Positions 47,117 to 57,173 of a stretch of 64,000 nucleotides of DNA are shown in pieces. This stretch comes from a virus (lineage: Duplodnaviria; Caudoviricetes). Location: IMG/VR virus record IMGVR_UViG_3300033233_001970. One strand, 5' to 3'. The position numbers and the translations under genes were made by a program. The notes under the pieces are model-generated. The model was not told the DNA's origin. It saw only the letters and a program-made list of their open reading frames with translations, and did not search any database. Position 1 is the stretch's first letter. Every line of letters begins with the position of its first letter.

Positions 47117-48324
47117 TTCTCGAGCTCCGCGCGCGTCGCGGCCACGAGCTCCTGTGTCATCTCCACAAATCGACGATAATGATCGGGCGTACGAAGCATC
47201 CAATCCGGCATGCTCGTGTAGTCCGGTGCTTTCGGGTGCGCGCTGTAGATGATGACCGCGCCATCGGGACCGTGAATCGGGACGTGCCACTCGCCTTTGA
47301 ATTCGAAGTTCGGCGGGAGCATGACCACGAAGCCTTCGGGTGGAATGGAGATGCCTTTGTGTGGTCGATGGAGCTGAAAAACGGACAAATCGAGAAGGAA
47401 CGGGATGCTCTTCGTCTTACCGACGATGACAAGATGACCTGGGAATCCTGTGCCGCCGTCGCACGATTCGTCGATAATGAGAATGCGGGCTTTTTCGGGG
47501 TCGGGCTGAGCGACCGCGCCGCTCGCCCACGCGTAATACGCCGCGTTCATCGCCGCCGTGCGTGTGGGCATGGGCCGTCCCGCGATTCCAAACGGCTTCA
47601 ACGCTTCGATGCCGATTTTCGTGGCGGCGATACAGCAGTCGGGCTTGAAACACTGGCCGAGGACGCGCCACGAGACCTTCGCCATGGCCTCGAGCACCTG
47701 AAACGGATCGGTTTTGGGATTCTTTTTCGCGTAAGAGCCATACGGCCCTTCGCCACGACCTTTGATCCCGTGCGCGGTATAAAGGACGCGCTTGCGATCA
47801 ATGACTTGTCGAATTTCTTCTTTGATGGCCTCGTCCGCTTCGAAGTTGATAGCACCGCCAAGAACATTTAGACCCAACCAGCTTACTCCGTTCCAGGATT
47901 GATCCGGAAAATCACTATAGCTATTGTCTGACAAATCAATGCGCTCGTAGATTCCTACCGAAATGATCGAAACTTGTTTCGGATTATTGAGGTTGAACCA
48001 AACCTCGCCAACCAGATCGTCGTTGCTGTGTCCGTCATCTCTTGCATAAAGGAAGTTTTTTCGCATCCATCGCATTGCATTGTTTTCGATGATGAGCTCG
48101 TCCTGAACAAGCTGATCCCACCCTTCTGGCGTGAGCTCTCCCGCTGCGTTTAGCCATCCGTCTTTTTGGCCGCGAAGTCGATCGGCCGCGTCACCATATT
48201 TTAGGCCGAATCTTTCGTCGGCATTGGCTTCGATCACGTCTTCGTGATCGAAGTGCAGATCAAACGAAACAGAGCGCTCGTTTGGATCCGTGGGATTGCG
48301 ACGGTAGCGCGGAACGGTGTTCAC
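47113..48324 (-). CDS. two-domain protein; C-terminal papain/transglutaminase-like C-H-D domain
   Basis: RRNP at N-terminus, KKNP at junction; DCCIAAT...GHLVIV...LLDLS. Confidence 0.55.
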   Translation of the reverse strand: MNTVPRYRRNPTDPNERSVSFDLHFDHEDVIEANADERFGLKYGDAADRLRGQKDGWLNAAGELTPEGWDQLVQDELIIENNAMRWMRKNFLYARDDGHSNDDLVGEVWFNLNNPKQVSIISVGIYERIDLSDNSYSDFPDQSWNGVSWLGLNVLGGAINFEADEAIKEEIRQVIDRKRVLYTAHGIKGRGEGPYGSYAKKNPKTDPFQVLEAMAKVSWRVLGQCFKPDCCIAATKIGIEALKPFGIAGRPMPTRTAAMNAAYYAWASGAVAQPDPEKARILIIDESCDGGTGFPGHLVIVGKTKSIPFLLDLSVFQLHRPHKGISIPPEGFVVMLPPNFEFKGEWHVPIHGPDGAVIIYSAHPKAPDYTSMPDWMLRTPDHYRRFVEMTQELVAATRAELEK

Positions 48325-48851
48325 GACTTCACCGGACGGCCGCCATGGTACGTCACGCGCTTTCTCAGTGGCGTCGCAGGCGGAGGCGTTGTCACCTCGA
48401 AGATTTTGACCTCATCGCTACGCACTTTGCGTCCGCTCGTGCCGACGAACTCGTAGCCATCATCACTATCATCATTGTTTTCATCGTCGCCAAGATCTGC
48501 GTTGACGGGATCCGGATCATCGATGTTGTCGGCGAAGTAGCCCTCCCATCCCATTTCTTCCGCAAAATCTGCCGCGTAGTCGAGCGCCTCGTCTTCGGCG
48601 TCGGCGTTGACGAGAATGCCGTAGTTCGTGTGATCGTCGAAGCTGACGAGGTACGAACGGCGCCACGCTTTATGTTCTACGTTCGCGTACTGCCACTCTT
48701 TGCTACGCTGACCAATCAAGCGAAACGGTCGCTCGTATTCGACATTCTCGACGATGACTTTCTTGCCGCCGACGTAGTGACTCTCATTCTCATCGCCAAT
48801 GACCTTGGGCGGAGCTGCTTTCGGATTTCGGTAGCGCGGAATAGCGTTCAC
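48321..48851 (-). CDS. acidic hypothetical protein with N-terminal RYRNP
   Basis: MNAIPRYRNP parallels MNTVPRYRRNP of the next gene. Confidence 0.6.
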   Translation of the reverse strand: MNAIPRYRNPKAAPPKVIGDENESHYVGGKKVIVENVEYERPFRLIGQRSKEWQYANVEHKAWRRSYLVSFDDHTNYGILVNADAEDEALDYAADFAEEMGWEGYFADNIDDPDPVNADLGDDENNDDSDDGYEFVGTSGRKVRSDEVKIFEVTTPPPATPLRKRVTYHGGRPVKS

Positions 48852-49438
48852 CGGTACCTCCGCCCACGGCCTCGCCGTCTTGCGCGCGATAGCGCGCTAC
48901 GTTCGTATTCCTCTTCGGTCCAGCCTGCTTCATGGAAGAGACGAAGCGTGGCGTCACGTTGATCGGCACAAAACTTCCGCGCGGTCGCTTCGTCTCCGGT
49001 GAAAAAGAATGGATGCCCGCAGAAGACATTGATCTCGAGGCTCGCGGCGAGCGCTTGAAGCTCGCGATCGAGCTCGCGAAGACGCCTCCACACCTCGTCG
49101 AAGGTTTGTCGCGTTGGGTTGGGACGCACTAGCCGACCCATTTGGTACTTGGCGCGCTTTCTTGGCGTCCATCCCTTGGGGAAAAGTACAAACCGATGGC
49201 GTCCGCCCGCGAGCCGCGTCCAGCAAGCGTCGCAAGGACGTTTCGAGAAATCGCGGATGCCCTCTTCGGTTTCGCTGTCCCAGTTCGGTGAGATGTGCCC
49301 GAGCGTTCCGAGGCGCTCGGCGCCTTCCTCTATCTCGCGAACACGCTCCGGATCGTCGATACCCGAAAGATCGCCGTTGACGGCGTACATGGTGCAGTCT
49401 TGGCAAAGCCACAGCTCGTGGGTGTCATGCACGCTCAT
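48848..49438 (-). CDS. two-domain hypothetical protein (Zn motif, RPNP junction)
   Basis: CQDC...FSKRPCDAC...LAGGRH; RLVRPNP. Confidence 0.6.
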   Translation of the reverse strand: MSVHDTHELWLCQDCTMYAVNGDLSGIDDPERVREIEEGAERLGTLGHISPNWDSETEEGIRDFSKRPCDACWTRLAGGRHRFVLFPKGWTPRKRAKYQMGRLVRPNPTRQTFDEVWRRLRELDRELQALAASLEINVFCGHPFFFTGDEATARKFCADQRDATLRLFHEAGWTEEEYERSALSRARRRGRGRRYR

Positions 49439-50058
49439 GACGCGCGAGCCCTCAGCAAACCAAGTTCATGCATCGACTTGTATCCGTCACGCGCGACGAC
49501 GACATGATCGACGAGCGGCGCGCCGACTTCCTCGCCCGCACGCCGGACGCGACGTGTGAAATCGATGTCTTCTGGACTTGGTGTCGGATCGCCGCTCGGG
49601 TGGTTGTGCACGAGAATGAACGCGCTCGCGGCTTCTCGTAGCGCGATTCGCAAGGGATCGCGTACCGACACGTGAAGACCGTGAAGTCCACCCGAAGCAA
49701 TGCGGCACGCCGACCGAAGCACATTGCGGCCGTCGAGCGCCAAAAGCCACAGTTCTTCGAAATCAAGAGGGACGAGCCGAGGCTTGGCCCACGCGTACAC
49801 CGCTTCGGCTTCAGGAAACGAGTATCCCTCTGCACGCGATGCGCGCTCGAGCGCTTTGCGACCTAATTCGAGCGCAGAAACGATGCGCACGGCGGCGGCC
49901 TCGCCCACCGAAGCCGCGATTTCGCCCGTTCCTGCGCGCAAAAGACCGTCGAATCCGCCCATGTCGTGAAGCAGTTGGAGCGCGCGACGCTCTCCGATTC
50001 CGCCGACGATGGCGACGAGCTCGATCTCGCCGATATTGGAGATCGGGTTTTTGCGCAT
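49435..50058 (-). CDS. radC: RadC-family JAB-domain protein
   Basis: HhH-like N-terminus; EELWLLALD...VHNHPSGDPTPSPED...LVDHVVV. Confidence 0.92.
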   Translation of the reverse strand: MRKNPISNIGEIELVAIVGGIGERRALQLLHDMGGFDGLLRAGTGEIAASVGEAAAVRIVSALELGRKALERASRAEGYSFPEAEAVYAWAKPRLVPLDFEELWLLALDGRNVLRSACRIASGGLHGLHVSVRDPLRIALREAASAFILVHNHPSGDPTPSPEDIDFTRRVRRAGEEVGAPLVDHVVVARDGYKSMHELGLLRARAS

Positions 50059-50070
50059 GGGCAGTCGTTT

Positions 50071-50394
50071 TCAGAGGGTAATGAGATCCGAAACGGGCAT
50101 GCATTCGTCGAGCATGTTGAGTGCGTATCCTTCTGGACACGCCCCGCCCACCGGCGCTGTTTTTGTGCCTGCTTCGCCGCCGCCAGGCGTGACATTAGGA
50201 CCAGGAGCAGGTGTTCCGCCTCCTCTGCCGCCTCCTGTAGAAACAGGGGTTGGTTGCGGCGTAGAAGCAGGAACGACTGTCGCTTTCGACCTCGAAAACC
50301 ACCACACGAGCCCGCCAACGACGGCTGCGCCGCCCGCGACCCAAAGAGCGGTCGCGAGCGGAGGTGAGATCGGATTTTCTTGGAATTGAGCCAT
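50071..50394 (-). CDS. ENPISPP-family membrane-anchored protein (paralog 3)
   Basis: ENPISPPLATALWVAGGAAVVGGLVWWFSR. Confidence 0.7.
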   Translation of the reverse strand: MAQFQENPISPPLATALWVAGGAAVVGGLVWWFSRSKATVVPASTPQPTPVSTGGGRGGGTPAPGPNVTPGGGEAGTKTAPVGGACPEGYALNMLDECMPVSDLITL

Positions 50395-50398
50395 GCGC

Positions 50399-50905
50399 CT
50401 ACGACTGGCCGATCATCTGCCAGAACGGAACGGTGGTTGCCGTGAGCGTTGCGCTGGCCGTTTCGAAACCGGCGCCGCCGAGCTTGGTGTCGTCGGCCGT
50501 CGCTTCGACCTTCGCTGCGCTCGGGCCCGTGTTCGGATCGTCCTTCGGCCAATCTGCCGGAAGCGGAGTGCCGTCCACGAGATTGATCGGCGGCGAACCG
50601 GCGTACATCTTGGTCTTCGTGACCGAAAACGGCGCCGCAATCGCTTGCTCCGTTCCTTGATCGAGTTTCGAAAGATCAGGAATGCTGAAGCGGTATACTT
50701 GACCCGAGAGCAGCGGTTGTCCCTTCGGAACGCGCGCCCATGTTCCCGTCGCTGCGGGCGTTGTTGCAGGCGCAGGCTTGACGGTTGCCCCCGCAGCCTT
50801 CGGTCTCGAGAACCACCAAACGAGGCCACCTACAGCGGCAGCGGCGCCCGTGATCCAAAGAGCAGTTTTGACGGGAGGTGAAATGGGATTTTCGTCGTCG
50901 AACAT
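50399..50905 (-). CDS. ENPISPP-family membrane-anchored protein (paralog 2)
   Basis: MFDDENPISPPVKTALWITGAAAAVGGLVWWFSRP. Confidence 0.75.
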   Translation of the reverse strand: MFDDENPISPPVKTALWITGAAAAVGGLVWWFSRPKAAGATVKPAPATTPAATGTWARVPKGQPLLSGQVYRFSIPDLSKLDQGTEQAIAAPFSVTKTKMYAGSPPINLVDGTPLPADWPKDDPNTGPSAAKVEATADDTKLGGAGFETASATLTATTVPFWQMIGQS

Positions 50906-50914
50906 GATGTCCTC

Positions 50915-51364
50915 TTAGAGCTTGGGTGCGGCAGGACGAAGCACGAGCACAGCTACGGCCGTTCCGGCAGGAAGCGCTGAAGCGACTGTATAAGGCGCCG
51001 TACCGATGTACTTGCCCTGAAAAGCGACCCCGCGTGCGCTCGTGTAGGGCGGAGGCAGCGGAGCGCCCTGGGCGTACTGCCCTTGATCGAAACCGAGACT
51101 GGCCATGGATAGCTTGAATTTGGCAACATCCCCGTCGGTCCAGCCTGCGGGCGCGTCGAATGCCAAGGCGAAGTAATCGCCAGGCATGACGGTACCTGAA
51201 GCGGCCTGCGTCCACGCCATCGTGCCACCGGAACCGCCGCCGACCAGAGTGGCTTTTGCGGGCTTCGAGAAAAACCAGACGAGGCCGCCGAGAGCAGCGG
51301 CAGCACCGGTGATCCAAAGAGCGGTTTTGACGGGGGGTGAGATGGGGTTTTCGTCGTCGAACAT
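50915..51364 (-). CDS. ENPISPP-family membrane-anchored protein (paralog 1)
   Basis: MFDDENPISPPVKTALWITGAAAALGGLVWFFSKP. Confidence 0.75.
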   Translation of the reverse strand: MFDDENPISPPVKTALWITGAAAALGGLVWFFSKPAKATLVGGGSGGTMAWTQAASGTVMPGDYFALAFDAPAGWTDGDVAKFKLSMASLGFDQGQYAQGAPLPPPYTSARGVAFQGKYIGTAPYTVASALPAGTAVAVLVLRPAAPKL

Positions 51365-51456
51365 GGATGGGCCTCGTTACGAGAAAGCCTACATGAACTC
51401 TTGGCAACGATCTATGTTAGTTTTTGGCAACGAAATTCGGTTACCATCTGCAAACG

Positions 51457-52314
51457 ATGGCACGGGACAACCTCATTTTCGGAACCAACGTCGCCTGGCG
51501 CGCGATCGGGCAGACGTACGTTGGTCGCGGGCGACTTTCTGGCGCGGAATACGTTGTACGACCGCACGTCGAAGACGGGTACATGCGGTGGATCCTGGGC
51601 GTGCGGCAAGGCACGTCGTATCGGAAACCGGAAGCTACAGGCACGTTGCAGCTTGGATCATTTCCCAACAGCGGAAAGGCTATGCTAGCGGCCGATCGCG
51701 TCGAGATGCATCCGCCAGAGGCGACGCTCGAGAATCCCGTAGGCGCGAAGAACGTCGCGCTTCTCGCTGCTGCGGGCGCTGCGGTCGGCGGACTTCTCTA
51801 TTTCCTGACTCGGCCCAAAGCAACATCGCTTCTCCATCCCGATTCGCGCGTGGCGCTTATCGGAGATTCGCTGTCGGTGGGGCTCGGGCCTGAGCTCGCG
51901 AAGATGGCTGCTGCCGAGAATATCCCTTTCAAATGGGAGGGCCACGGGGGCACCAATACCCGTCAGTGGGCAACGCACGCTGCGGCGTGCGGTCAGTGCG
52001 GCGACTGGATGACGGACTTCCGGCCGACGATATCCATTGTTGTACTTGGGACTAACGATGGCTCGGCTCCTGACGTGACCAACTACCAAACCATCCGCGA
52101 CGGCATCCGATCACTAGGCTCACAAGTGGTGTGGGTCGAACCGAATACAATGACCAAAAGCTCATTGGCTGCGGCACGCAAAATCATCGAATCGCTTGGC
52201 GTGCCTGTGGTTCCTGAAGTGCAAGTCCCCATCAACCAGGACGGCGTCCACCCTACTTCTCTCGGGTATTACGTCTGGGCACAGAAGATCTGGAAGTATC
52301 TCAAGGGTTCATGA
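51457..52314 (+). CDS. SGNH/GDSL hydrolase with internal ENP plus TM anchor
   Basis: IGDSLS (block I), GG (II), LGTND (III), DGVHP (V). Confidence 0.85.
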   Translation: MARDNLIFGTNVAWRAIGQTYVGRGRLSGAEYVVRPHVEDGYMRWILGVRQGTSYRKPEATGTLQLGSFPNSGKAMLAADRVEMHPPEATLENPVGAKNVALLAAAGAAVGGLLYFLTRPKATSLLHPDSRVALIGDSLSVGLGPELAKMAAAENIPFKWEGHGGTNTRQWATHAAACGQCGDWMTDFRPTISIVVLGTNDGSAPDVTNYQTIRDGIRSLGSQVVWVEPNTMTKSSLAAARKIIESLGVPVVPEVQVPINQDGVHPTSLGYYVWAQKIWKYLKGS

Positions 52315-52347
52315 TTCGGTGGTAGATTCGAGCGAGGATCAAGATCA

Positions 52348-52857
52348 ATGAATACTCCGCACGGACTCGGCCAGGCGCCCCAACCTTCTGCTCCTACGCC
52401 CACATGGGTCTGGGTCTCGGTAGGCGCCGTTGTCCTTGCCGAAATTGGTGCAGCGATTTGGTTTTTCAACCAACCGAAATCAAATCCAGCTACTCCGCGC
52501 TCGAGCTATTGGGACATCTACGAGCTCAAGATCACGCCCGTCAACAAAAACACGAGCATCACGGATGCGATGGGAATCCCAATCCGTGTTCGGCACGGCG
52601 ACTGGATCATCCGTTCGCTTCTCGCGGTGCCCAACGAATACGATCCGCAAAAACCGCGCACGATCACCTCCAAGCTCGAGCGCATCGAGCACAGCAAAAA
52701 CACAGCGATGTACGAAGCGGGCAAGCTCGCCACCGCGTACGCGAACTTCAACATCCGCAACCCGAATCCGGCACGGGTGACCGACGAGAAAGGCAAATGC
52801 ATCTTCTCTGTTGTGGGCGACCCGAGCACCAACAGAGCGGTCGAAACCACGTGCTGA
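52348..52857 (+). CDS. TM-anchored protein with one copy of the repeated NP...D-E-x-G-x-C domain
   Basis: TM helix, KSNPATP...YELKI...NPNPARVTDEKGKCIFSV. Confidence 0.65.
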   Translation: MNTPHGLGQAPQPSAPTPTWVWVSVGAVVLAEIGAAIWFFNQPKSNPATPRSSYWDIYELKITPVNKNTSITDAMGIPIRVRHGDWIIRSLLAVPNEYDPQKPRTITSKLERIEHSKNTAMYEAGKLATAYANFNIRNPNPARVTDEKGKCIFSVVGDPSTNRAVETTC

Positions 52858-52858
52858 G

Positions 52859-53158
52859 ATGACGATCAAGCTTTCCGTCGACGGGAAAGAAATCCCCATG
52901 AGCGCCGCCGCGAGCGCGGCGTACGGCACGCTCCCCAACTCGGAGAAGGCGATTGGTCAGCTTTTCGAGCTTCTCCGCGAATTCGATTTCGAAGAGGAAG
53001 ACCGCAAGGAGCTCAACGAGCAGATTCAATTGGTGATCGCGATCTTCGGTGGCGAAATGGCCGAATACATCGCGCGTCACCAGTGTGCTACATGCGCCGC
53101 CGAATCGGAACGCAAGCACAGGGAGTTTGTCGTGAAGGCGAGCGAGAAGTCGTCGTGA
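52859..53158 (+). CDS. hypothetical protein
   Basis: ATG 52859, one base after the upstream stop. Confidence 0.55.
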   Translation: MTIKLSVDGKEIPMSAAASAAYGTLPNSEKAIGQLFELLREFDFEEEDRKELNEQIQLVIAIFGGEMAEYIARHQCATCAAESERKHREFVVKASEKSS

Positions 53159-53979
53159 ACGGCAAGCTTGTCGGATCCATCGGCGACATCGGCGTTCCGG
53201 AGGAAGCCGGCGGGCGCGTGTACGAAACTTCGCCAGGCCATTTCGAGCTCGAATGGATCGAACCGCCGCCCGATGATCGTCGTATGGAGCCTGGAACGTA
53301 CGATGCGCCGGACGGGCAATGGACGATCTATGGAGTGTTGCTCGATCCCGAGATCCCAGATTGGGGCGATTTGCGAGACGCAGCACGAAGCGTCGGCATG
53401 CCCTGGATGGAACTTGCGGACGCGTTCATGAGTACCGATCCTATCAAACGAGCATACGCTTACGAAACGTGGGCGAGTTACTACGGCTGGCACGAGCTCG
53501 ATTCGTATCCGACGCATCTCTACAGGAGCGAAGTCGAGAAACGGTTCAAGACCGAGCTCTACCCGTCGGCGAGCTGGATCAAGGTCAAATCGATGCCGTA
53601 CACGATGGGATCGGTACCCGTGATTGTGGCGGGGAAGACGCTCCTGTTCTCGTCTTTGCTCGTGACGCCTTCGGACGGCAGTACGCCTTTCAATCTCTTG
53701 GCACCTGCTGCCACGGCGGTAGACACGCATCTGTTCGAGATCGAAAACGAGAACGACAGTTATTACGTTCTCATCGTCGCTGATTTCGTATTTCTAGGAA
53801 AGTACGACAGCTACGATCCCGACGATCCGAGACCCGCAAAAGCCGATCGAGAGATCATGTTCGATGAGGAGCGGGACATACGGGGTGTATTCCCTGAAAT
53901 TGGTAATTCTGCGGATCTGTCACAAATCAACATCACTCATGAAGAAATGATCCGCCGCCTCTCGAAATGGCTGGACTGA
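53155..53979 (+). CDS. hypothetical protein; N-terminal domain paralogous to 55993
   Basis: GTGA-coupled start; ELEWI...EIPDWGDL...SVG...DP...GWHELD. Confidence 0.65.
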   Translation: MNGKLVGSIGDIGVPEEAGGRVYETSPGHFELEWIEPPPDDRRMEPGTYDAPDGQWTIYGVLLDPEIPDWGDLRDAARSVGMPWMELADAFMSTDPIKRAYAYETWASYYGWHELDSYPTHLYRSEVEKRFKTELYPSASWIKVKSMPYTMGSVPVIVAGKTLLFSSLLVTPSDGSTPFNLLAPAATAVDTHLFEIENENDSYYVLIVADFVFLGKYDSYDPDDPRPAKADREIMFDEERDIRGVFPEIGNSADLSQINITHEEMIRRLSKWLD

Positions 53980-53980
53980 A

Positions 53981-54259
53981 ATGATCACCGAAGAGCACAT
54001 CGAAAAACTGATCCACCGCGTGCTGGATATCTTCCCAGACGCAACGGGTGTAAGCGTCGCAAGGTTCATACTTCGTTTCGGACATAGCGATTCATGGGGC
54101 TGGGATTGCACCATCGACATTCCGCGACGTAGCAAAGGCAAACAAAAGCGACGGTTGCACGGAAATGAAGCCTTCCGAGGCAGCGGCGAAACACCAGAAG
54201 AAGCTGTCGAAAAAGCCATTCAGTTCGTGCAATGGGACAAAGCCGGCCTCCTCGATTGA
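53981..54259 (+). CDS. hypothetical protein
   Basis: 92 aa; GETPEEAV motif. Confidence 0.55.
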   Translation: MITEEHIEKLIHRVLDIFPDATGVSVARFILRFGHSDSWGWDCTIDIPRRSKGKQKRRLHGNEAFRGSGETPEEAVEKAIQFVQWDKAGLLD

Positions 54260-54268
54260 GACGAGAAC

Positions 54269-55327
54269 ATGCAAGCCACTGCCCTCCGCTCCTATCAAAG
54301 CGCCTTCAGCTCCCCGCCAGGAGTCTACGTCGTGCATTCCGGCGACGAAGCGTACTTCCCTGCGATGGGACTCATTACGGATGGTCACGCGTTTTCGAGG
54401 TACGTCGGAGCGATTCCAGGGTTCTTGATCGCCGAGCTCACGGCACCATCGGTCGAAATTCTGACCGCCAACCGCGACGGGTTCCGAGATCGTTCGGTGT
54501 CGTACGCGGTGGATCGGCTCGCCGAGCGCATCGCCAAAGACAACATGAGCGCGCTCAAGGCAAAGAAGGGCCTCATTCGGAAGAAATACGAGGGTTCCGG
54601 CAAGTTCAAAGCCCGAAGCCTCGCGGCCAGCCTTCTTGAGCGCATCGGGCCAAGCGCAACGGCGCTTTCCACGGCCGATACCGAAGAAATCGTTGCGACG
54701 ATCGGGGACTACGCGCGTCGAGAAGAGGAGTCGCGTCGTGAGCTACGACTCCCCGCCGCGCCCGCCGCCATCGCGATGCTCGATCAGAAATTCGCGGGTC
54801 CGAACCACATCGAAGCTGCCATCAAGCAGCTCGTTTGGGAGCCTGACTTCTACCTGATGAACGACATCGAAGGATTCACCGTTCCGAAGAAGTTCTTCCC
54901 CGAGACGATGACGCCGACCATCCTGAAGCTCGCCAAGACGTGGACCGAGCTTTGCCGGTACGTGCTCATGCAGCTTGGTTCGGAAGCGCGGTTCGGAGTC
55001 GGGTTCGTGTTCTCGAACCATATGGCGGCAGCGGCGATGGAAGAGGAAGACAAAGACGGGCGGCCCGAGCCGTGGATCATGTTGAATCCTCACAAGGACA
55101 TGTACAATCTCGACGAGATTTGGCGCCCTTCGCAAAATCCCGATCTCAAATGGCTTTACGCCGCCGCGATTCACGAAGCGACACACATCGCCGATCGCAT
55201 TTCGTACCACGACGAGAGCTTCGCAGCGGCTCTTACTAGAAACATGGCCAAATGCGCGGATGGGTACCGCAAGATTCGGCAGATCGTGGACGGACTGCGG
55301 ATGCGTGGTGGGCCGGAGCTCGACTGA
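54269..55327 (+). CDS. protein with C-terminal zincin-like HExxH motif
   Basis: AAIHEATHIA...YHDESF. Confidence 0.6.
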   Translation: MQATALRSYQSAFSSPPGVYVVHSGDEAYFPAMGLITDGHAFSRYVGAIPGFLIAELTAPSVEILTANRDGFRDRSVSYAVDRLAERIAKDNMSALKAKKGLIRKKYEGSGKFKARSLAASLLERIGPSATALSTADTEEIVATIGDYARREEESRRELRLPAAPAAIAMLDQKFAGPNHIEAAIKQLVWEPDFYLMNDIEGFTVPKKFFPETMTPTILKLAKTWTELCRYVLMQLGSEARFGVGFVFSNHMAAAAMEEEDKDGRPEPWIMLNPHKDMYNLDEIWRPSQNPDLKWLYAAAIHEATHIADRISYHDESFAAALTRNMAKCADGYRKIRQIVDGLRMRGGPELD

Positions 55328-55328
55328 A

Positions 55329-56015
55329 ATGCGTCGGAAGATCCAGACGACGAACAATGCCGGCGCAGACGCCGTCACCTACGCCAAGGCTCGCGATGGA
55401 CTTTATTGGTATTTTCGTCGCTACGGCATCGACGAGAGCCGGTTCGGATGGCAGATTGAGCCGCTCGGAGGAAAGCTGGAGATCAAGTACGGAAGCAAAG
55501 TGAAAATCTATCGCGTGCCGGCGGCTCCGCTTCTCGAGCACGTGCCTGATGATCCCGCTTGGGGTTACCGTGGCATGTCCTGGGAAGAGTGGAAATTCAT
55601 CCGCATCGAGAAACGTATCGAGAGCCTGTACGCGCACAACTTGGGCGAAGAGCAAACAGGTTTCACATTCTTCGGCAAGGCAAGCCAAGCAGAATCCTAC
55701 GCTTCGGGTTTCGCGCCGCTGCCGTACTTGCCGGCCTTTCGCCGACCAGGTGTTGTTGTCGCTGTACCGCGAGAGCTTTTGCTTACGCACAAGGACAGGC
55801 CCAAGGCCATTCCGGGCTCGGAGTTGGCCGCGTTCGGGGCGTTGCCAGCAAGTGTCATTGGCGGCGTGTGGTACCTCATTCCGAATCGCATTCGGTTTGG
55901 GGCGCTAGACATTGTACTCGATCTTCTCTCCAACGTTACGCGATGGACGGACGGCAGCCGACACAACCCAAGCGTGAGCTACATCGTGTATCATGAGGCG
56001 TCCCATGCGACGTAA
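55329..56015 (+). CDS. hypothetical protein (YRGMS motif; possibly ADP-ribosyltransferase-like fold)
   Basis: GYRGMSWEEW...TFF...AESYA...VVVAV...SEL loosely follows the ART R-S-E layout. Confidence 0.4.
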   Translation: MRRKIQTTNNAGADAVTYAKARDGLYWYFRRYGIDESRFGWQIEPLGGKLEIKYGSKVKIYRVPAAPLLEHVPDDPAWGYRGMSWEEWKFIRIEKRIESLYAHNLGEEQTGFTFFGKASQAESYASGFAPLPYLPAFRRPGVVVAVPRELLLTHKDRPKAIPGSELAAFGALPASVIGGVWYLIPNRIRFGALDIVLDLLSNVTRWTDGSRHNPSVSYIVYHEASHAT

Positions 56016-56805
56016 CCCAGAAATCAAAAAACTTCTAGGCACCCTCGACAGCCCGCCAGGCAACGGCGGATTCGTCTACGAGGTTCAGGGAGACTCCACA
56101 ACCTGGCACGAGCTTGAATGGATTGTCCGTAAAGGAAAAAAGTGGCGGGTCTACACGGTGCCTTTGGATCAAGAAATTCCTCACTGGGGCAATCTTGCCG
56201 AGGCCGCAGGATCCGTCGGGATCAGTTTCGTCGAGCTCGGCAGAAGATTCGAGAGCGATGATCCGATGGAGCGAGCGAACGCATGGGAGATTTACGGCGA
56301 TTCCGAAGGCTGGGATGAAGTCGATGACACGTGGGAGGAGCTCGACGCGGACGAAGTCAACGACCGGTACTCGCTCGCCGTACCTGTCAAAGATCCAGTT
56401 CCGACAAAAATCCCGCCGCTCGACAATTTCACCGATGCGTACATCACGGCCGCGCTCTGGTCGACGAACGACGAATCAACACCGGCGGGCGGTGTACCGC
56501 TCGATCAGAACTACGGCATTCACGACATCCACCGCGACACGCTCAAGAAGATGATCGAGGACTGCGAGCGATTTCAGGCGATGAACATGCACGATCTCGA
56601 TCTCGCGTATCAACACAGCGGCGGACACGGCGGGTACGCTCCAGGCAACGCGGGCCATGATTTTTGGTTGACGCGCGGTGGCCATGGCACAGGATTCTGG
56701 GACCGTGGACTTGGCGACGTCGGCGACCGGCTCACGAAAGTGTCGGAAAAGTTCGGTGAATTCAATCTCTACGTCGGCGACGACGGGAAGATTCACGGTT
56801 CGTGA
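55993..56805 (+). CDS. two-domain phage protein (RRNP start; C-terminal GHDFWLTR...HGTGFWDR domain)
   Basis: N-domain paralogous to 53155; C-domain AYITAALWS...AGHDFWLTRGGHGTGFWDR is a recurrent phage family. Confidence 0.7.
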   Translation: MRRPMRRNPEIKKLLGTLDSPPGNGGFVYEVQGDSTTWHELEWIVRKGKKWRVYTVPLDQEIPHWGNLAEAAGSVGISFVELGRRFESDDPMERANAWEIYGDSEGWDEVDDTWEELDADEVNDRYSLAVPVKDPVPTKIPPLDNFTDAYITAALWSTNDESTPAGGVPLDQNYGIHDIHRDTLKKMIEDCERFQAMNMHDLDLAYQHSGGHGGYAPGNAGHDFWLTRGGHGTGFWDRGLGDVGDRLTKVSEKFGEFNLYVGDDGKIHGS

Positions 56806-57173
56806 GCCTCTGGCTTTCACCGCAAAAACCTTCGCTCGTGAAGCTCGAGCGCTTCGCTTGGTATCCGCACTTTCTCGACAACCTCGAAGACACGCTCATG
56901 GGTCATCGAGGAAAACCTGGCTTGCCGGAATACGTCACCGTTCGGTGGAAGAAGTACGACAAATTTCTTTTCACCATTGAGACCGATGACGAAGAAGACG
57001 ATCAGGAAGAATGGGCGTTTATCGATCACGTTGCAGAGCTCATCGGGGGCGGCGCCGATGTTCCGCCACTTGTTGCGCGACGCAATCGTCCTGAAGACGG
57101 CATTCATCGCGCATGGGCGGCGCGTAAGCTCGGACTCGAGGTCGCGCCGGTGATCGATCTCACAGAGATGTGA
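56802..57173 (+). CDS. ParB/Srx-like small protein
   Basis: VPPLV...EDGIHRAWAARKLGLEVAPV. Confidence 0.6.
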   Translation: MSLWLSPQKPSLVKLERFAWYPHFLDNLEDTLMGHRGKPGLPEYVTVRWKKYDKFLFTIETDDEEDDQEEWAFIDHVAELIGGGADVPPLVARRNRPEDGIHRAWAARKLGLEVAPVIDLTEM

